In this document: piece by piece, positions 38,075 to 47,990 of the stretch
Position numbering within the stretch: the stretch's first letter is position 1
How the letters are laid out: every line of letters begins with the position of its first letter
NCBI GenBank assembly: GCA_965262915.1
Contig: OZ253564.1
Span: forward strand, 2,016,001-2,080,000
Source: Candidatus Spongiisociaceae bacterium
GTDB taxonomy: Bacteria; Actinomycetota; Acidimicrobiia; Spongiisociales; Spongiisociaceae
Length of the DNA stretch: 64,000 bases
Direction of reading: 5' to 3'
The notes under the pieces: model-generated
What the model was told of the DNA's origin: nothing
The model's input: only the letters and a program-made list of their open reading frames with translations
Databases searched by the model: none
Position numbers and translations under genes: made by a program

Positions 38075-38680
38075 CTAGCTCCCGCCGCCGTCATCGGGCC
38101 CCCGGCGGAAGTCTCCGACTTGCCGGGAACCGATGCTCTCTCCCGACAGGATCCGCTCCAGTGCGCCGCTCAGCGTCAGTGCGTCGCTCTCGCCCAGCAG
38201 CTTCCCGACAATCCTGCCGTCCTTGATGAAGATGGTCTCCGGGACCCCGAATATCCCGAACTCGATGGCTGCCCGGGAGCCGGGGTCGGTCAGGTATTCG
38301 GTGGTGGCGCCTCTGCCCAGTTCGTCCAGGAAGGCGATGGCCCGGGACGGCTGGTCCTGGAAGGCGATTCCCAGGAAACGCACCGAGCGGTGATTGTACG
38401 CGTCGGCGGTCGAGATCAGGTCGGCGTGCTCGTTGCGGCACTGGAGGCACCACGATGCGAAGAAGTTGACCACCACCACCTCGTTACTGTCGCTCACCGA
38501 CCGCAGCGCCACCGTTCCGTTTCCCTCCAGGCGAGGGAGGGCCACGTCGGGAGCCCGGGCGCCGATCACCGGTGAGACGCCTCCGTCGGGATCGCCTCCG
38601 AACCGGGCGGCGAAGACCGCCACCGCCACGCCGACCACGACCAGTCCCGCGACCAGCAGACGCCTTCCGGAGGGGCTCAT
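38075..38680 (-). CDS. ccmG: Thiol:disulfide oxidoreductase CcmG/TlpA
   Basis: N-terminal TM, VNFFASWCLQC, GVPET; last gene of ccm operon. Confidence 0.85.
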   Translation of the reverse strand: MSPSGRRLLVAGLVVVGVAVAVFAARFGGDPDGGVSPVIGARAPDVALPRLEGNGTVALRSVSDSNEVVVVNFFASWCLQCRNEHADLISTADAYNHRSVRFLGIAFQDQPSRAIAFLDELGRGATTEYLTDPGSRAAIEFGIFGVPETIFIKDGRIVGKLLGESDALTLSGALERILSGESIGSRQVGDFRRGPDDGGGS

Positions 38681-38699
38681 CGGCGTACCCTCGGACGGC

Positions 38700-39479
38700 T
38701 CATCTGCCGGCTTCCACCGCGGCCCGGGCCTCCTCCACGGTCTGCTCGATGACCCGCCGGGTACCGTCGGGCAGGCCCTCCTCGTCCAGGAGGGGTTCCA
38801 GCTGCACCAGAGCGGCGGCTGCCTCTCCCCGGTCGAAGCGGACCAAGCCGAGGAAAAGGCGGGCTTCGAGATAGTCCGGTTCGATCTCCAGCGCCTCTAC
38901 CAGGTACGCCTCGGCGATGTCCTGCCCACCCGACAGGTGGCTCATCCAACCGACCCTGGCCATGGCGCGGGCACTGCGGGCGCTGTCGAGGGTGCCTCCC
39001 AGGGCGCCCAGATAGTGGGGAAGCGCCGAGGAGAAACTGCCCTCCTCGAAGTAACGGTCGGCCAGGCTGAGGCGCATGGCGGCGATCTGGGGAACGTCCG
39101 GGTTGGCGGCGATCACCGCTTCCATCTGGTCGTTGGTGACCTCCGACAGGTCCACCGGACCCCCCACGTCGCCGGTGACGAATCCGCCCTCGCGGGGACG
39201 GATGGCATAGAAGGCCGTGATCGCCACTCCCGCGAACACCCCGACCAGCAGCAGGGCTCCTACGAGGCGCCTCCGCACCGAGGCCGGCTGGGGTTGCCTC
39301 CGGAGCGGCTGTTCCGCCCCCGGCTCGAGGCGGTCGATCTCGTCCCGGTACCGGCGTATGAGCCGTTCGGCAGTCTCGGGATCGAGTTCACCGTCGGCCA
39401 GCTGCCGGCGCACGCCTTCGATGTCCTGCTCCGCCAGGACGCGCCGGGCTCCGGCGGGGGAGAGGGGGGTATCACTCAT
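38700..39479 (-). CDS. CcmI/CycH-like TPR protein
   Basis: Short N-terminal helical segment (ADGELD), TM helix, TPR-like repeats; follows ccmH. Confidence 0.65.
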   Translation of the reverse strand: MSDTPLSPAGARRVLAEQDIEGVRRQLADGELDPETAERLIRRYRDEIDRLEPGAEQPLRRQPQPASVRRRLVGALLLVGVFAGVAITAFYAIRPREGGFVTGDVGGPVDLSEVTNDQMEAVIAANPDVPQIAAMRLSLADRYFEEGSFSSALPHYLGALGGTLDSARSARAMARVGWMSHLSGGQDIAEAYLVEALEIEPDYLEARLFLGLVRFDRGEAAAALVQLEPLLDEEGLPDGTRRVIEQTVEEARAAVEAGR

Positions 39480-39870
39480 CGGATGGCTCTTGGGGCCTGA
39501 TCAGGCGGCGGGCGCCGAGGACGATACCGGCCAGTGCCACCCCCAGAGGTAGCAACCAGAGCAGCATCGTACTGCCCGAGAAGCGCGGATCGAGCCGGAT
39601 GCCCGCGAAGCGGTTTTCGAGGTAGTCGAGGATCTGCTCGTCGGTCCAGCCCTCCTCGACCTGCTCCTCCACGAAACCCAGGATGTCCCGGGCGTAGGGC
39701 GTCGGGGAGTCGACGATCGACTCTCCCTGGCATACCGGGCAGCGAATCCGGGTGCCCAGCGCCTCCACCCGGTCGCGGTCGGTCGGTTCCCCCACGGTCA
39801 GGCCCCAGATCACCACCCCCGCCAGCAGCAGGGTGGCCAGCGTCGCCGGGGTAGACCTGCGGTCAAGCAC
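39472..39870 (-). CDS. ccmH: Cytochrome c biogenesis protein CcmH
   Basis: IRCPVCQGESIVDS, LLWLLP. Confidence 0.92.
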   Translation of the reverse strand: MLDRRSTPATLATLLLAGVVIWGLTVGEPTDRDRVEALGTRIRCPVCQGESIVDSPTPYARDILGFVEEQVEEGWTDEQILDYLENRFAGIRLDPRFSGSTMLLWLLPLGVALAGIVLGARRLIRPQEPSDE

Positions 39871-42052
39871 GACCGGCCACCTCGGGTACCTCCGTGGTCT
39901 GTCTGCAGAACAACTTGCCGTGCTCCGGCAGCCATCGACGCCCCTCGCTGCGTTCCGCCTCCTCTACATACCGCTGCAGGTACGCCTTCGTCGGCGGGCC
40001 TTGCGAGGAACGCCGCTGCCGGCGCGTACCACGCCGCCGTTTCACAGACGGATCACTGGTTCGCCGACCGATCGCCGTCAGCGAGAACCCGGCGCCGCAC
40101 GCGGTGATCAGCCCGCCGAACCAGACCATCCACTGGAGGGGGTAGACCCACACGTCGGCGTGGAGAGAGCGGTCGTCGATGCGGGTGAGTGACACGTAGA
40201 GGTCTCCCCGTGGGGTCGTGTACACAGCCGGGGTGATGACCGGCCCCGACGTGCTGCCGTAGTCGTTGAGCCTCGGAGCGAGGACGGTGACCGGCCGTCC
40301 GTCCCGGAATACCTCGATCCGGGCGCCCACCACCGTGCGGTTGGGCTCCACCCGGGAGAACGGGGCATCGTAAGCAAGCTCGTAACCGCCGAACGCGGTG
40401 CGTTCCCCGGGGCTCAGGTCTATCGAGCCGGTCGCCCCCAGGTTGGCGGAAACCGCGATTCCGACGGCCAGGATCGCCACTCCCGTGTGCGAGATCTGGC
40501 CCCCCCAGTAACCGGGATCGCGGAGGGCCAGGCGACCCGCGGCCGCAAACGCGCCCTCGCCGGTGGCCGCGCTCCGGCTGCGGGCCAGGGTCAGCAGGTG
40601 CCGGGCGATGGCGGAGACCACGAAAGTCGCCAGAAGGGCAACGATGATCACGTGACGGTTGCGGCTCACCACCAGCACGACGACGGCGGCGATCGCCAGG
40701 GCGATCCTGAGAGGGGTGCGGAGGCGCTGCCACAGCACCCGAGGGCGCGCCACCCGGAACGGGGTCACCGGGCCGATGCCCATGGTCAGGAGGAGACAGT
40801 ACGAAAGCGGTACGGCCCAACGATCGAAGAAAGGTCGGCCCACCCCGACAGTGGCGCCCCGGAAGGCTTCGATCCCCAACGGGAACAGCGTTCCGGAGAG
40901 CACCACGAAGGCGAACACCGCCAGTAGCAGGTTGTTGAGCAGGAAGGCACCCTCGCGGCTGGCGAGCGAGTCGAGCCGCGGAGCGCTTCCCACGAGATGG
41001 ATCCGGGCGGCGAAGCAGGCCAGCGCCCCGACCAGGATCAGGGCCAGGAACCCCAGGAGGGCTGGACCGATCGCGGACTGGGTGAAACTGTGAACCGAGG
41101 CGATCACACCCGAGCGGGTGAGGAAGGTCCCGAGGATGGTGGCCGCGAAGGTGCCGATCACCAGCACGTAGTTCCAGGACTGGAGCACCCCTCGGCGGGC
41201 CTGCACCACAGTGGAGTGGATGAACGCGGTGGCCAGCAGCCACGGGATGAACGAGGCGTTCTCCACCGGATCCCACGCCCAGTAACCGCCCCACCCCAGT
41301 ACCTCGTAACTCCACCAGGCGCCCAGGACGATCCCGACCGTGAGGAACCCCCAGGCGGTCAGGGTCCACCGGCGCGTCACTTCCAGCCAGGAAGCCCCGC
41401 GGCGGGCGGCGGCCAGCGACGCCATCCCGATCGCGAAGGGCACCGAGAAGCCGACGTACCCCGCGTAGAGCAGAGGTGGATGGACCGCCATGAGGATGTG
41501 GTTCTGCAGGAGGGGGTTGGCGCCCCGCCCGTCGACCGGTGCGTCCACCGGCGACCACGGAGCCCAGGCAGCGACGCTGCATCCGGCTTCGGCAGCCGAT
41601 GTACAGACGGCGAAGGGGTTGGCGACAGTGACCATGAGACCGAACCAGAAGGCGGCCAGCATCCCCAGGATCGACATCGTGCCGCCCGCCAGAGGGTGCC
41701 CTGTGCGGTACATGGCCCGGAACGCGGATGCGGTGAAGATGGCCAGCACCAGGCCCCACAGGACGATGGATCCCTCGAGCGCCGCCCATCCGGCTGCCAC
41801 CGTGAAGATGAGGGGGGTGCCCGTCCGGTGGTTGTTGGCGATATAGGCGATCGAGAAGTCATCCGTTACCAGTCCCAGTTCCAGCATCAGCATGGCGGCG
41901 ATCGCTCCGCCCAGGAGCCAGCGCACCGGCCCCCGTACCCGATCAGCCGTCACCGGTCCCCGGGCCAGGAGCGCAGGAAGCCCTCTCCAGGCAAGGACCG
42001 CTGCCGCGGCGAGAGCGGTCAGGGTTGCGCCGAGCCCGAGCCAGGCGATCAT
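39863..42052 (-). CDS. ccmF: Heme lyase CcmF with MITE-derived C-terminal insertion
   Basis: WAALEGS, GANPLLQ, HPPLLYAGY, WGGYWAWDPVENAS, GTFLTRSG..SVHSF. Confidence 0.96.
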   Translation of the reverse strand: MIAWLGLGATLTALAAAAVLAWRGLPALLARGPVTADRVRGPVRWLLGGAIAAMLMLELGLVTDDFSIAYIANNHRTGTPLIFTVAAGWAALEGSIVLWGLVLAIFTASAFRAMYRTGHPLAGGTMSILGMLAAFWFGLMVTVANPFAVCTSAAEAGCSVAAWAPWSPVDAPVDGRGANPLLQNHILMAVHPPLLYAGYVGFSVPFAIGMASLAAARRGASWLEVTRRWTLTAWGFLTVGIVLGAWWSYEVLGWGGYWAWDPVENASFIPWLLATAFIHSTVVQARRGVLQSWNYVLVIGTFAATILGTFLTRSGVIASVHSFTQSAIGPALLGFLALILVGALACFAARIHLVGSAPRLDSLASREGAFLLNNLLLAVFAFVVLSGTLFPLGIEAFRGATVGVGRPFFDRWAVPLSYCLLLTMGIGPVTPFRVARPRVLWQRLRTPLRIALAIAAVVVLVVSRNRHVIIVALLATFVVSAIARHLLTLARSRSAATGEGAFAAAGRLALRDPGYWGGQISHTGVAILAVGIAVSANLGATGSIDLSPGERTAFGGYELAYDAPFSRVEPNRTVVGARIEVFRDGRPVTVLAPRLNDYGSTSGPVITPAVYTTPRGDLYVSLTRIDDRSLHADVWVYPLQWMVWFGGLITACGAGFSLTAIGRRTSDPSVKRRRGTRRQRRSSQGPPTKAYLQRYVEEAERSEGRRWLPEHGKLFCRQTTEVPEVAGRA
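39894..40056. mobile_element. MITE family B copy inside ccmF coding sequence
   Basis: GTGGTCTGTC...GACGGATCAC, 163 bp, colinear with 33038-33200; ccmF frame stays open across it. Confidence 0.85.
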
Positions 42053-42468
42053 GTTCCGCTCGAGGGAACCTCGTACGCCCCGTCGGTGTCGGGGGACCGG
42101 TACTGTTCGTCGTGGTTGATGATCAGGACGTCGGAGTGGAACCGGTCCCCTTTCCAGGCCCCCTCCACGACCACCCCTATCCCGTCCCGGAACAGTTGGG
42201 GCGGTGTCCCCTCATGGACGACGCTCACCGATGTGGCCCCGTCGCCCAGTACGAAGCGGATCCCGTTCGCCGTCTCCTCGATGCCATCGGTCTCCACCAG
42301 GCCGCCGAGGCGGAACCGTTCTCCGGGCGGGTAGTCGGCCCACTGCTCGACCGCTTCCGAGGGGGTGAGGTAGTAGACGAGGTTCTCGCTGAGGTTTCCC
42401 CAGACGAAGTATCCGATCACGACGGCCACCAGCGCGAGTGCCGGCAGTACGAAGCGTCGCCGGGTCAT
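42049..42468 (-). CDS. ccmE: Heme chaperone CcmE
   Basis: YYLTPSE, RLGGLV, PQLFRDG.GVVVEG, HDEQY (HxxxY). Confidence 0.93.
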   Translation of the reverse strand: MTRRRFVLPALALVAVVIGYFVWGNLSENLVYYLTPSEAVEQWADYPPGERFRLGGLVETDGIEETANGIRFVLGDGATSVSVVHEGTPPQLFRDGIGVVVEGAWKGDRFHSDVLIINHDEQYRSPDTDGAYEVPSSGT

Positions 42469-42584
42469 CTCCGCGGCGGAAGGGATCGACGCAGAGACCT
42501 GACGCGCAGCAACATCCACCCCATGTAAGCCGCGATTCCCCCGTAGCTCACCAGGTAGCCGAACACGACCCAGCCGCTATCCAT
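42465..42584 (-). CDS. ccmD: CcmD-like small membrane protein (39 aa)
   Basis: MDSGWVVFGYLVSYGGIAAYMGWMLLRVRSLRR: TM plus basic tail, overlapping both ccmC and ccmE. Confidence 0.7.
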   Translation of the reverse strand: MDSGWVVFGYLVSYGGIAAYMGWMLLRVRSLRRSLPPRR

Positions 42585-43320
42585 CTGTATCCCCGAACCG
42601 GGGTGGCAGCACCGCACCGCCGACCGGGGCCGCCTGCCTCGACATCTCCGCGACCGTGACCTCGGCACGGGCCAGGCTCAGTCGGGCGACCAGCAGGAAG
42701 GCGAACAGGGCGGCGAAGGCCAGGATGGACACCCCCATGGGCCGGCTGAATGCCGCGTCCATGGGGGCATTGCCGGGATCGGGACGCAGGATGGTGGGTC
42801 CCTGGTGCAGGGTGCGGAACCACAGGACCGAGTAATGCACGATAGGTACCTGCACGAAGGCAACCACTCCGAGGACGGCGCATCGTCCCGCCCGTATCCG
42901 CGCGTCGGCGATCGACCGGCGCAGGGCCAGGTAACCGATGTAGAAGAAGAAGAGCACCGCGGTCGACATCATCCGGGCGTCGGTCCAGTCCCACCAGAGG
43001 CCCCACACCGCCCGGCCCCAGATCATCCCGGTGAGGATGGTCAGGCCGGTGAACAGCACGCCGATCTCTATGGCGGATGCCGAGATCAGATCGGCGGTGG
43101 GGGCGCGGCGGATCAGGTACCACACGGCGCCCAGCAGCCCGACGGCCAACGCCAGGTACGCCGTGATGGCCGAAGGAACGTGGACGAACAGCAACCTGGC
43201 CGCCTCGCCCTGGGTCTGTTCGGGAGGTGCGGTCAAGGACATGTAGAGGCCCACCCCGAGCAGTGCGATGGCCACGGCGCCCAGGACTCCGAGAAAGCGG
43301 GACGCAGGATAGGTGACCAT
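42577..43320 (-). CDS. ccmC: Heme exporter CcmC
   Basis: FVHVPSA, WGRAVWGLWWDWTDAR, WFRTLHQ. Confidence 0.95.
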   Translation of the reverse strand: MVTYPASRFLGVLGAVAIALLGVGLYMSLTAPPEQTQGEAARLLFVHVPSAITAYLALAVGLLGAVWYLIRRAPTADLISASAIEIGVLFTGLTILTGMIWGRAVWGLWWDWTDARMMSTAVLFFFYIGYLALRRSIADARIRAGRCAVLGVVAFVQVPIVHYSVLWFRTLHQGPTILRPDPGNAPMDAAFSRPMGVSILAFAALFAFLLVARLSLARAEVTVAEMSRQAAPVGGAVLPPRFGDTDG

Positions 43321-43407
43321 CTAGCGGCAACCGACGAGGGGGGGTTCGCCCGGCGACTCTCGTCCTGCGGAATGTCTCGGGATAGGACGTCGCGCCATTT
43401 TCGATCC

Positions 43408-44088
43408 TCACCTAGTGGTGTCGTCCAGCGGGCCCGCCAGCAGTACGCCTGCGATAGCCAGGGCCAGGTCCATCGCGACGAGCAGGAGCAGCCACGAGAT
43501 ACTACTGCGCCGCGCGATGGCCGACTCCGTTCCCTGGGTGGTGGCCAGCAGCACCGGTACGGCCGGCGGCGCCGCCAGGAGGGGCGCCAGCGCGGTGCGC
43601 GTCCGCAGCCCCGTAACCAGGGTACCGACCAGCGTTCCGAGCAGGCCGAGCGCGGTCGTCCCCGCCACCGCCAGCAGGGCTAACCATCCCCATGCGGACG
43701 TTCCATCCGGCGCGTACAGCACGATCATCACGGGAGTCAGGATCAGGGTCACACCGAGGAGCAGCATGGCCGACGCCAGGCTCCTGCCCAAGAAGCCCGC
43801 GGCCGGATCGAGACCGCTCAGGGTGAGGAGGTCCCGTACCGGGCGGGGCTCGAACGAGCCGGACCGGAGGGTTACGGTCATCCCGAACAGGAGGACCACC
43901 AGCCATAGCATGCCGGGGCCGATGCGCCGGAGCAGGGCAGTCTCCGTTCCCGTGGCGAGCGGCGCCAGCAACAGCGCCAGCGCCGCGAAGGGAGTGGCCA
44001 TCCAGAACGTCTCGCCGCCCCGCATCTCCACCCGGAGTTCCTTGATGAACACCCATCCGACCTGGCTCCAGAAACCGGTCGGGGTCAT
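43408..44088 (-). CDS. ccmB: Heme exporter CcmB
   Basis: KELRVEMR, GMLWL, LAPLLAAP..VPVL; between ccmA and ccmC. Confidence 0.85.
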   Translation of the reverse strand: MTPTGFWSQVGWVFIKELRVEMRGGETFWMATPFAALALLLAPLATGTETALLRRIGPGMLWLVVLLFGMTVTLRSGSFEPRPVRDLLTLSGLDPAAGFLGRSLASAMLLLGVTLILTPVMIVLYAPDGTSAWGWLALLAVAGTTALGLLGTLVGTLVTGLRTRTALAPLLAAPPAVPVLLATTQGTESAIARRSSISWLLLLVAMDLALAIAGVLLAGPLDDTTR

Positions 44089-44738
44089 GGCCGCCTCTCG
44101 CTCACTGTTCCGGCGGTGACCCTGAGGCGGCGCGTTACCAGGGAGGTGACCCGGCCCGGATCGTGGGAGACCAGCACTGCCGCCCCTCCCAGTCGGGCGA
44201 CCCGGTCGACGACCTCGTCCACCAACGGCGCGGTTGCCTCATCGAGACCGGCGTGGGGTTCGTCGAGCAGCAACAGCCGGGGCGTCCAGGTGAGCAGCCG
44301 GGCGAACTCGACCCGGCGCTGCATCCCGAGGCTGGTACGCGACGCCTTCCACCCGGCGAGATCGGCCAGGCCGACGGTGGCCAGCGGGTCGCCGGTGGCG
44401 GGGTCACCCCGCAACCGGGCCACCAACTCGATGTTCTCCCGTAGGGTCAGCTCGGGCCACAGCGCCGGGAAGTGCCCGATCAGGGCGATCTGCCGCCGGA
44501 CCGGCGCCAGTACCTCGGGACGGGCGTCCGTGGCGGCACCGAGAACGGTGCAACTGCCGGCTCCGGGTCGGTGCAGGGTGGCTGCCAGACGCAAGAGGGT
44601 GGTCTTACCGGCGCCGTTCGGTCCCGTGACGCCCAGGACGTCACCCGGTTCGATGATCAGGTCAACGCCGCGGAGGATCACCGATCCCGAGATGGAGAAC
44701 CCTACGTCGACGAATCGGACCAGCGGGGGAGTGACCAC
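44085..44738 (-). CDS. ccmA: Heme exporter ATP-binding protein CcmA
   Basis: GPNGAGKT, ELTLRENI, SLGMQRR, LLLDEP. Confidence 0.88.
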   Translation of the reverse strand: MVTPPLVRFVDVGFSISGSVILRGVDLIIEPGDVLGVTGPNGAGKTTLLRLAATLHRPGAGSCTVLGAATDARPEVLAPVRRQIALIGHFPALWPELTLRENIELVARLRGDPATGDPLATVGLADLAGWKASRTSLGMQRRVEFARLLTWTPRLLLLDEPHAGLDEATAPLVDEVVDRVARLGGAAVLVSHDPGRVTSLVTRRLRVTAGTVSERRP

Positions 44739-45208
44739 ACACCGAGTGTAGAGCGACCTTCCGCCGCAGGCTCAGTCCGGCGACAGAAGCTGCGCCTCGG
44801 GCATGTCGGCTCGGAACAGAGCCGAGCAATACCATCAGCTAGCGAAGAATCTCCGCCGCCCACCCCTCCATCGGCCCACCCCACACCACCGAGCCTGGGA
44901 TTGGAACGCGTTCGGTTCCACCTGCGACGGGCGGTCCGGTTCCGAGGTTCATGGTCCCTCGGGGGGTCGGATGACGTCCGGTTCGAGACCCGCGGCGGGT
45001 GCTGGCACTACCCGTAGTGCAACAAGGCAATGACAGCGCCAAACCCTTCGCGGGGCACATCTTGCCGCGCCGCATGCGTGCCTACCAGCGTACGTTCTCA
45101 GTCGATCCACCGTCGTAGGCCTGCCCGGGTTCATAGGATCACTCATGAGACGACGAGCGGACTTCATCGAACCTCGTCCCTCAAGAAACGACGAGGAGGG
45201 GGACAGCC

Positions 45209-46234
45209 GTGAGTGAAAGCTCGGGGGCCAGAGGTTCTGCCGGGGGGAACAGCGATCCGGTCGCACGCTACCTGGAGACGTTCGAGAGACTGCGCTCCCG
45301 CAAGCGCTGGTCGAACAACACGGCGACCTTTCGTTTCGTGGCGCTGGCCCTCGGCGCGGCCGGCGCCTCTGTCACCTACGACGACCTGGAATCGGCGGCG
45401 GCGGTGCTCAGGAAGCGAGTTGGCGTCACCAGCCCGCTCCGGTCCGAGATCCGCTACGTTGTGGCGGCGATGATCCTGCGGCGCGGGCAGGATCCCGCTT
45501 CTATCCAAGCTCGGGTTGGCGAGACGCTCGCGGAGTTCAAGGTGCACGGACTGGCGAGGCGGGGCGCCGGTCCGACGTTGGCTGCGCTATTGCTGGCGCT
45601 GCTCAGGGAAGGGCGTCCGGTCCCGACCGTGCAGATCGAACGGCTGGCCCGCATCTACAGGCGCTGGCGCGCCGACCACGGCTTGCTGACCAACGCGAGC
45701 GACCTGCCGGCTGCCGCGTTGCACGCCAGCCGGGACAGAGCCGTAGAGATACTGACCGCCGAGGTGGAACGCGCCTATGACCACCTGCGAGAGGCCGGTT
45801 TCCGGCGGGGCAACCCCTTGCAGCTCGTCTCACACCTACTGTCCGTGGACCCTCGCGGGGCGGATACGGGTGTTCAGCGATTCTCGAGCATCACAGACCA
45901 TTTCGATCGGACCGGCGAGAATGTCCGCGCCGGTCGGTACGACGAGATCGCCATGCTGGCCCTGACCCACGACAGGCCGGCCCGCGTGGTCAAGCGCACG
46001 CTGGAGTACCGCGATCGCCTACGGGACCACAGGCCCCGACCTGCGAAGGAGTTAGCGTTCTCCCTGGCTGTGGGGATCGAGTTGGCCGAGGATGCCGAGG
46101 ACGCGGGCAGGCGCAGCGCCGGCGATCTGGCCGCGTTGCAGTCGATCCGCGCCATCCTGGATGCGCAGCAGGCGGCAATTGTGGCCGCAGTCTCCGCGGG
46201 CGCTGTCGCAGGTGCCACGGCTGGCTCAAGTTAG
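45209..46234 (+). CDS. DUF4003-like protein
   Basis: All-helical ORF with SPLRS, DHGLLT..SD, GFRRGNPLQ and AQQAAIVAAVSAGAVAGATAGSS tail recalled from DUF4003 proteins. Confidence 0.6.
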   Translation: MSESSGARGSAGGNSDPVARYLETFERLRSRKRWSNNTATFRFVALALGAAGASVTYDDLESAAAVLRKRVGVTSPLRSEIRYVVAAMILRRGQDPASIQARVGETLAEFKVHGLARRGAGPTLAALLLALLREGRPVPTVQIERLARIYRRWRADHGLLTNASDLPAAALHASRDRAVEILTAEVERAYDHLREAGFRRGNPLQLVSHLLSVDPRGADTGVQRFSSITDHFDRTGENVRAGRYDEIAMLALTHDRPARVVKRTLEYRDRLRDHRPRPAKELAFSLAVGIELAEDAEDAGRRSAGDLAALQSIRAILDAQQAAIVAAVSAGAVAGATAGSS

Positions 46235-46317
46235 TTATCGGTTGTCGGTTGCAACTCTTAATGGTATTTCACTACAGATACAGGTTTGCTAACGAGGGCT
46301 AAGTACGGTTGCCGTCC

Positions 46318-46362
46318 CCTGACACCTGACACCTGACACCTGACACCTGACACCTGACACCT
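46318..46362. repeat. Heptamer tandem repeat (CCTGACA)x6
   Basis: Six perfect copies plus CCT. Confidence 0.97.
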
Positions 46363-46560
46363 AGAACGTGCCGGTGTTTAGCACCGGCTGGGTGGCCCTG
46401 TCTCCGCACAGCACGACGAGCAGGTTGCTCACCATGGCCGCCTTACGTTCCTCGTCGAGTTCGACGACGCCGCGGTCGGCCAGGCTCTCAAGAGCTATCT
46501 GCACCATGGGGACGGCCCCCTCCACGGTCTGGCTGCGGGCGGCGTTGATGGCCCGGCCTT
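46361..46560 (-). pseudogene. C-terminal remnant of an SPFH/band-7 protein
   Basis: [24 protein letters not shown]...[34 protein letters not shown]; no room for the N-terminus before hisIE. Confidence 0.8.
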
Positions 46561-46594
46561 GGCCGGTGCCTCTGTCAGGGTCAGTGGTGGCGGG

Positions 46595-47236
46595 TCACCG
46601 GCGCCGGGAGGCCAATTCCTCGATCACTTCCGCGGCCTTGATGCGCCGCTCGGCCAGGAGGACCAGCAGGTGGTAGACGAGGTCCGCCGCCTCTTCGGCT
46701 ACCCGGGTGTTCCCGGCTCTCCCAGCCTGGTGGTTGAGGGCGGCGGTCACCAGCTCGGCGGCTTCCTCGATCGTCTTGCGGCCCGTGGCGGGCGCGCCTC
46801 CGGTGGCCAGGCGCCGGGTGTAGGAGCCCGATCGTGCCGATGACAGCCGTTCCGTGATGGTTTTCCAGAGGGGTTCCAGATCGGCGAAACCCTGGGGCGG
46901 CGTCAAGGGGTCCCCGGGGCTGATGAAGCAGGTGCGGGCCGACGTGTGGCAAGTGGGTCCGGCAGGCACTGCCTTCACCACCAGGGTATCGCGGTCGCAG
47001 TCCGCCGCTAGGCCGACCAAGGCGAGCGTGTTCTCGCTGGTCTCCCCTTTTTTCCATAATCGTCGCCGGGAGCGGGACCAGAAGTGGACCTGACCCGTGG
47101 CGCGGGTCAGGTCGAGGGCTTCCCGGTTCATCCAGGCCATCATCAGAACCTCGCCGGTCCGGTCATGCTGGACGATGGCGGGTACCAGGCCGTCGCTGTT
47201 CCAGGAGATGTTATGCGATACGTCGGGTTCACGCAT
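46595..47236 (-). CDS. hisIE: Bifunctional PR-AMP cyclohydrolase / PR-ATP pyrophosphatase
   Basis: [44 protein letters not shown]. Confidence 0.96.
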   Translation of the reverse strand: MREPDVSHNISWNSDGLVPAIVQHDRTGEVLMMAWMNREALDLTRATGQVHFWSRSRRRLWKKGETSENTLALVGLAADCDRDTLVVKAVPAGPTCHTSARTCFISPGDPLTPPQGFADLEPLWKTITERLSSARSGSYTRRLATGGAPATGRKTIEEAAELVTAALNHQAGRAGNTRVAEEAADLVYHLLVLLAERRIKAAEVIEELASRRR

Positions 47237-47990
47237 GGCGTACCGGTATCCCGGCCCCTTCCATCACCTGCTTGATCTCACCGATCTCCACTTCCCGCCG
47301 GTGGAAAATCGAGGCGGCCAGCACGGCGGATGCTCCGGCCTCGACCGCTTCGACGAAGTGTTGGGCGCGGCCGGCGCCTCCCGATGCGATCACCGGAACA
47401 CTCACCGCGCCGGTTATCACGCGTAGCAGTTCCACGTCGAACCCGATGTTTGTTCCGTCCCGGTCCATCGATGTGAGCAGGATCTCCCCTGCGCCGCGGG
47501 CCACCCCCTCTACCGCCCATTCCACCGCGTCGATTCCGGTGTCGTGGCGTCCGCCGTTTATGAACATGTTCCACGATCCTCCGGGCATGGTCTTGGCGTC
47601 GATGGCCAGGACCACGCACTGCTTACCGAACGCGGCCGCGCAATCGTCGAGTAGGCCGGGCCGGCGTACCGCGGCGGTGTTGAGGGAGACCTTGTCGGCC
47701 CCGGCCCGGAGCACGGCCCGCATGTCGGCCGGTTCCCGAACCCCTCCCCCCACGGTGAGCGGCACGAAGACGTTCCGAGCCGTGCGTCGGACTACGTCGA
47801 GCAGAGCGGAACGCCCCTCGGGGGAGGCGGCGATGTCGAGGTAGACGATCTCATCCATCCCCTCTTGGGCGTAGCGGGTCGCCAGCTCGACAGGGTCGCC
47901 CTCGTCGGTGAGGTTGATGAAGTTGACCCCTTTGACCACCCGTCCGTGCTTGACGTCGAGGCAGGCGATGATCCTCGTTCGGAGGCTCAT
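47229..47990 (-). CDS. hisF: Imidazole glycerol phosphate synthase cyclase subunit
   Basis: [43 protein letters not shown]. Confidence 0.97.
   Translation of the reverse strand: MSLRTRIIACLDVKHGRVVKGVNFINLTDEGDPVELATRYAQEGMDEIVYLDIAASPEGRSALLDVVRRTARNVFVPLTVGGGVREPADMRAVLRAGADKVSLNTAAVRRPGLLDDCAAAFGKQCVVLAIDAKTMPGGSWNMFINGGRHDTGIDAVEWAVEGVARGAGEILLTSMDRDGTNIGFDVELLRVITGAVSVPVIASGGAGRAQHFVEAVEAGASAVLAASIFHRREVEIGEIKQVMEGAGIPVRHA

Noticed and set aside
44740-45208. 470-bp intergenic region as ncRNA or remnant
   Set aside because: Only small hairpins; no repeat partner or recognisable coding signal; likely divergent promoters.
46318-46362. Possible CRISPR array
   Set aside because: Contiguous 7-mers with no spacers; no cas genes or repeat-spacer array seen anywhere in the window.
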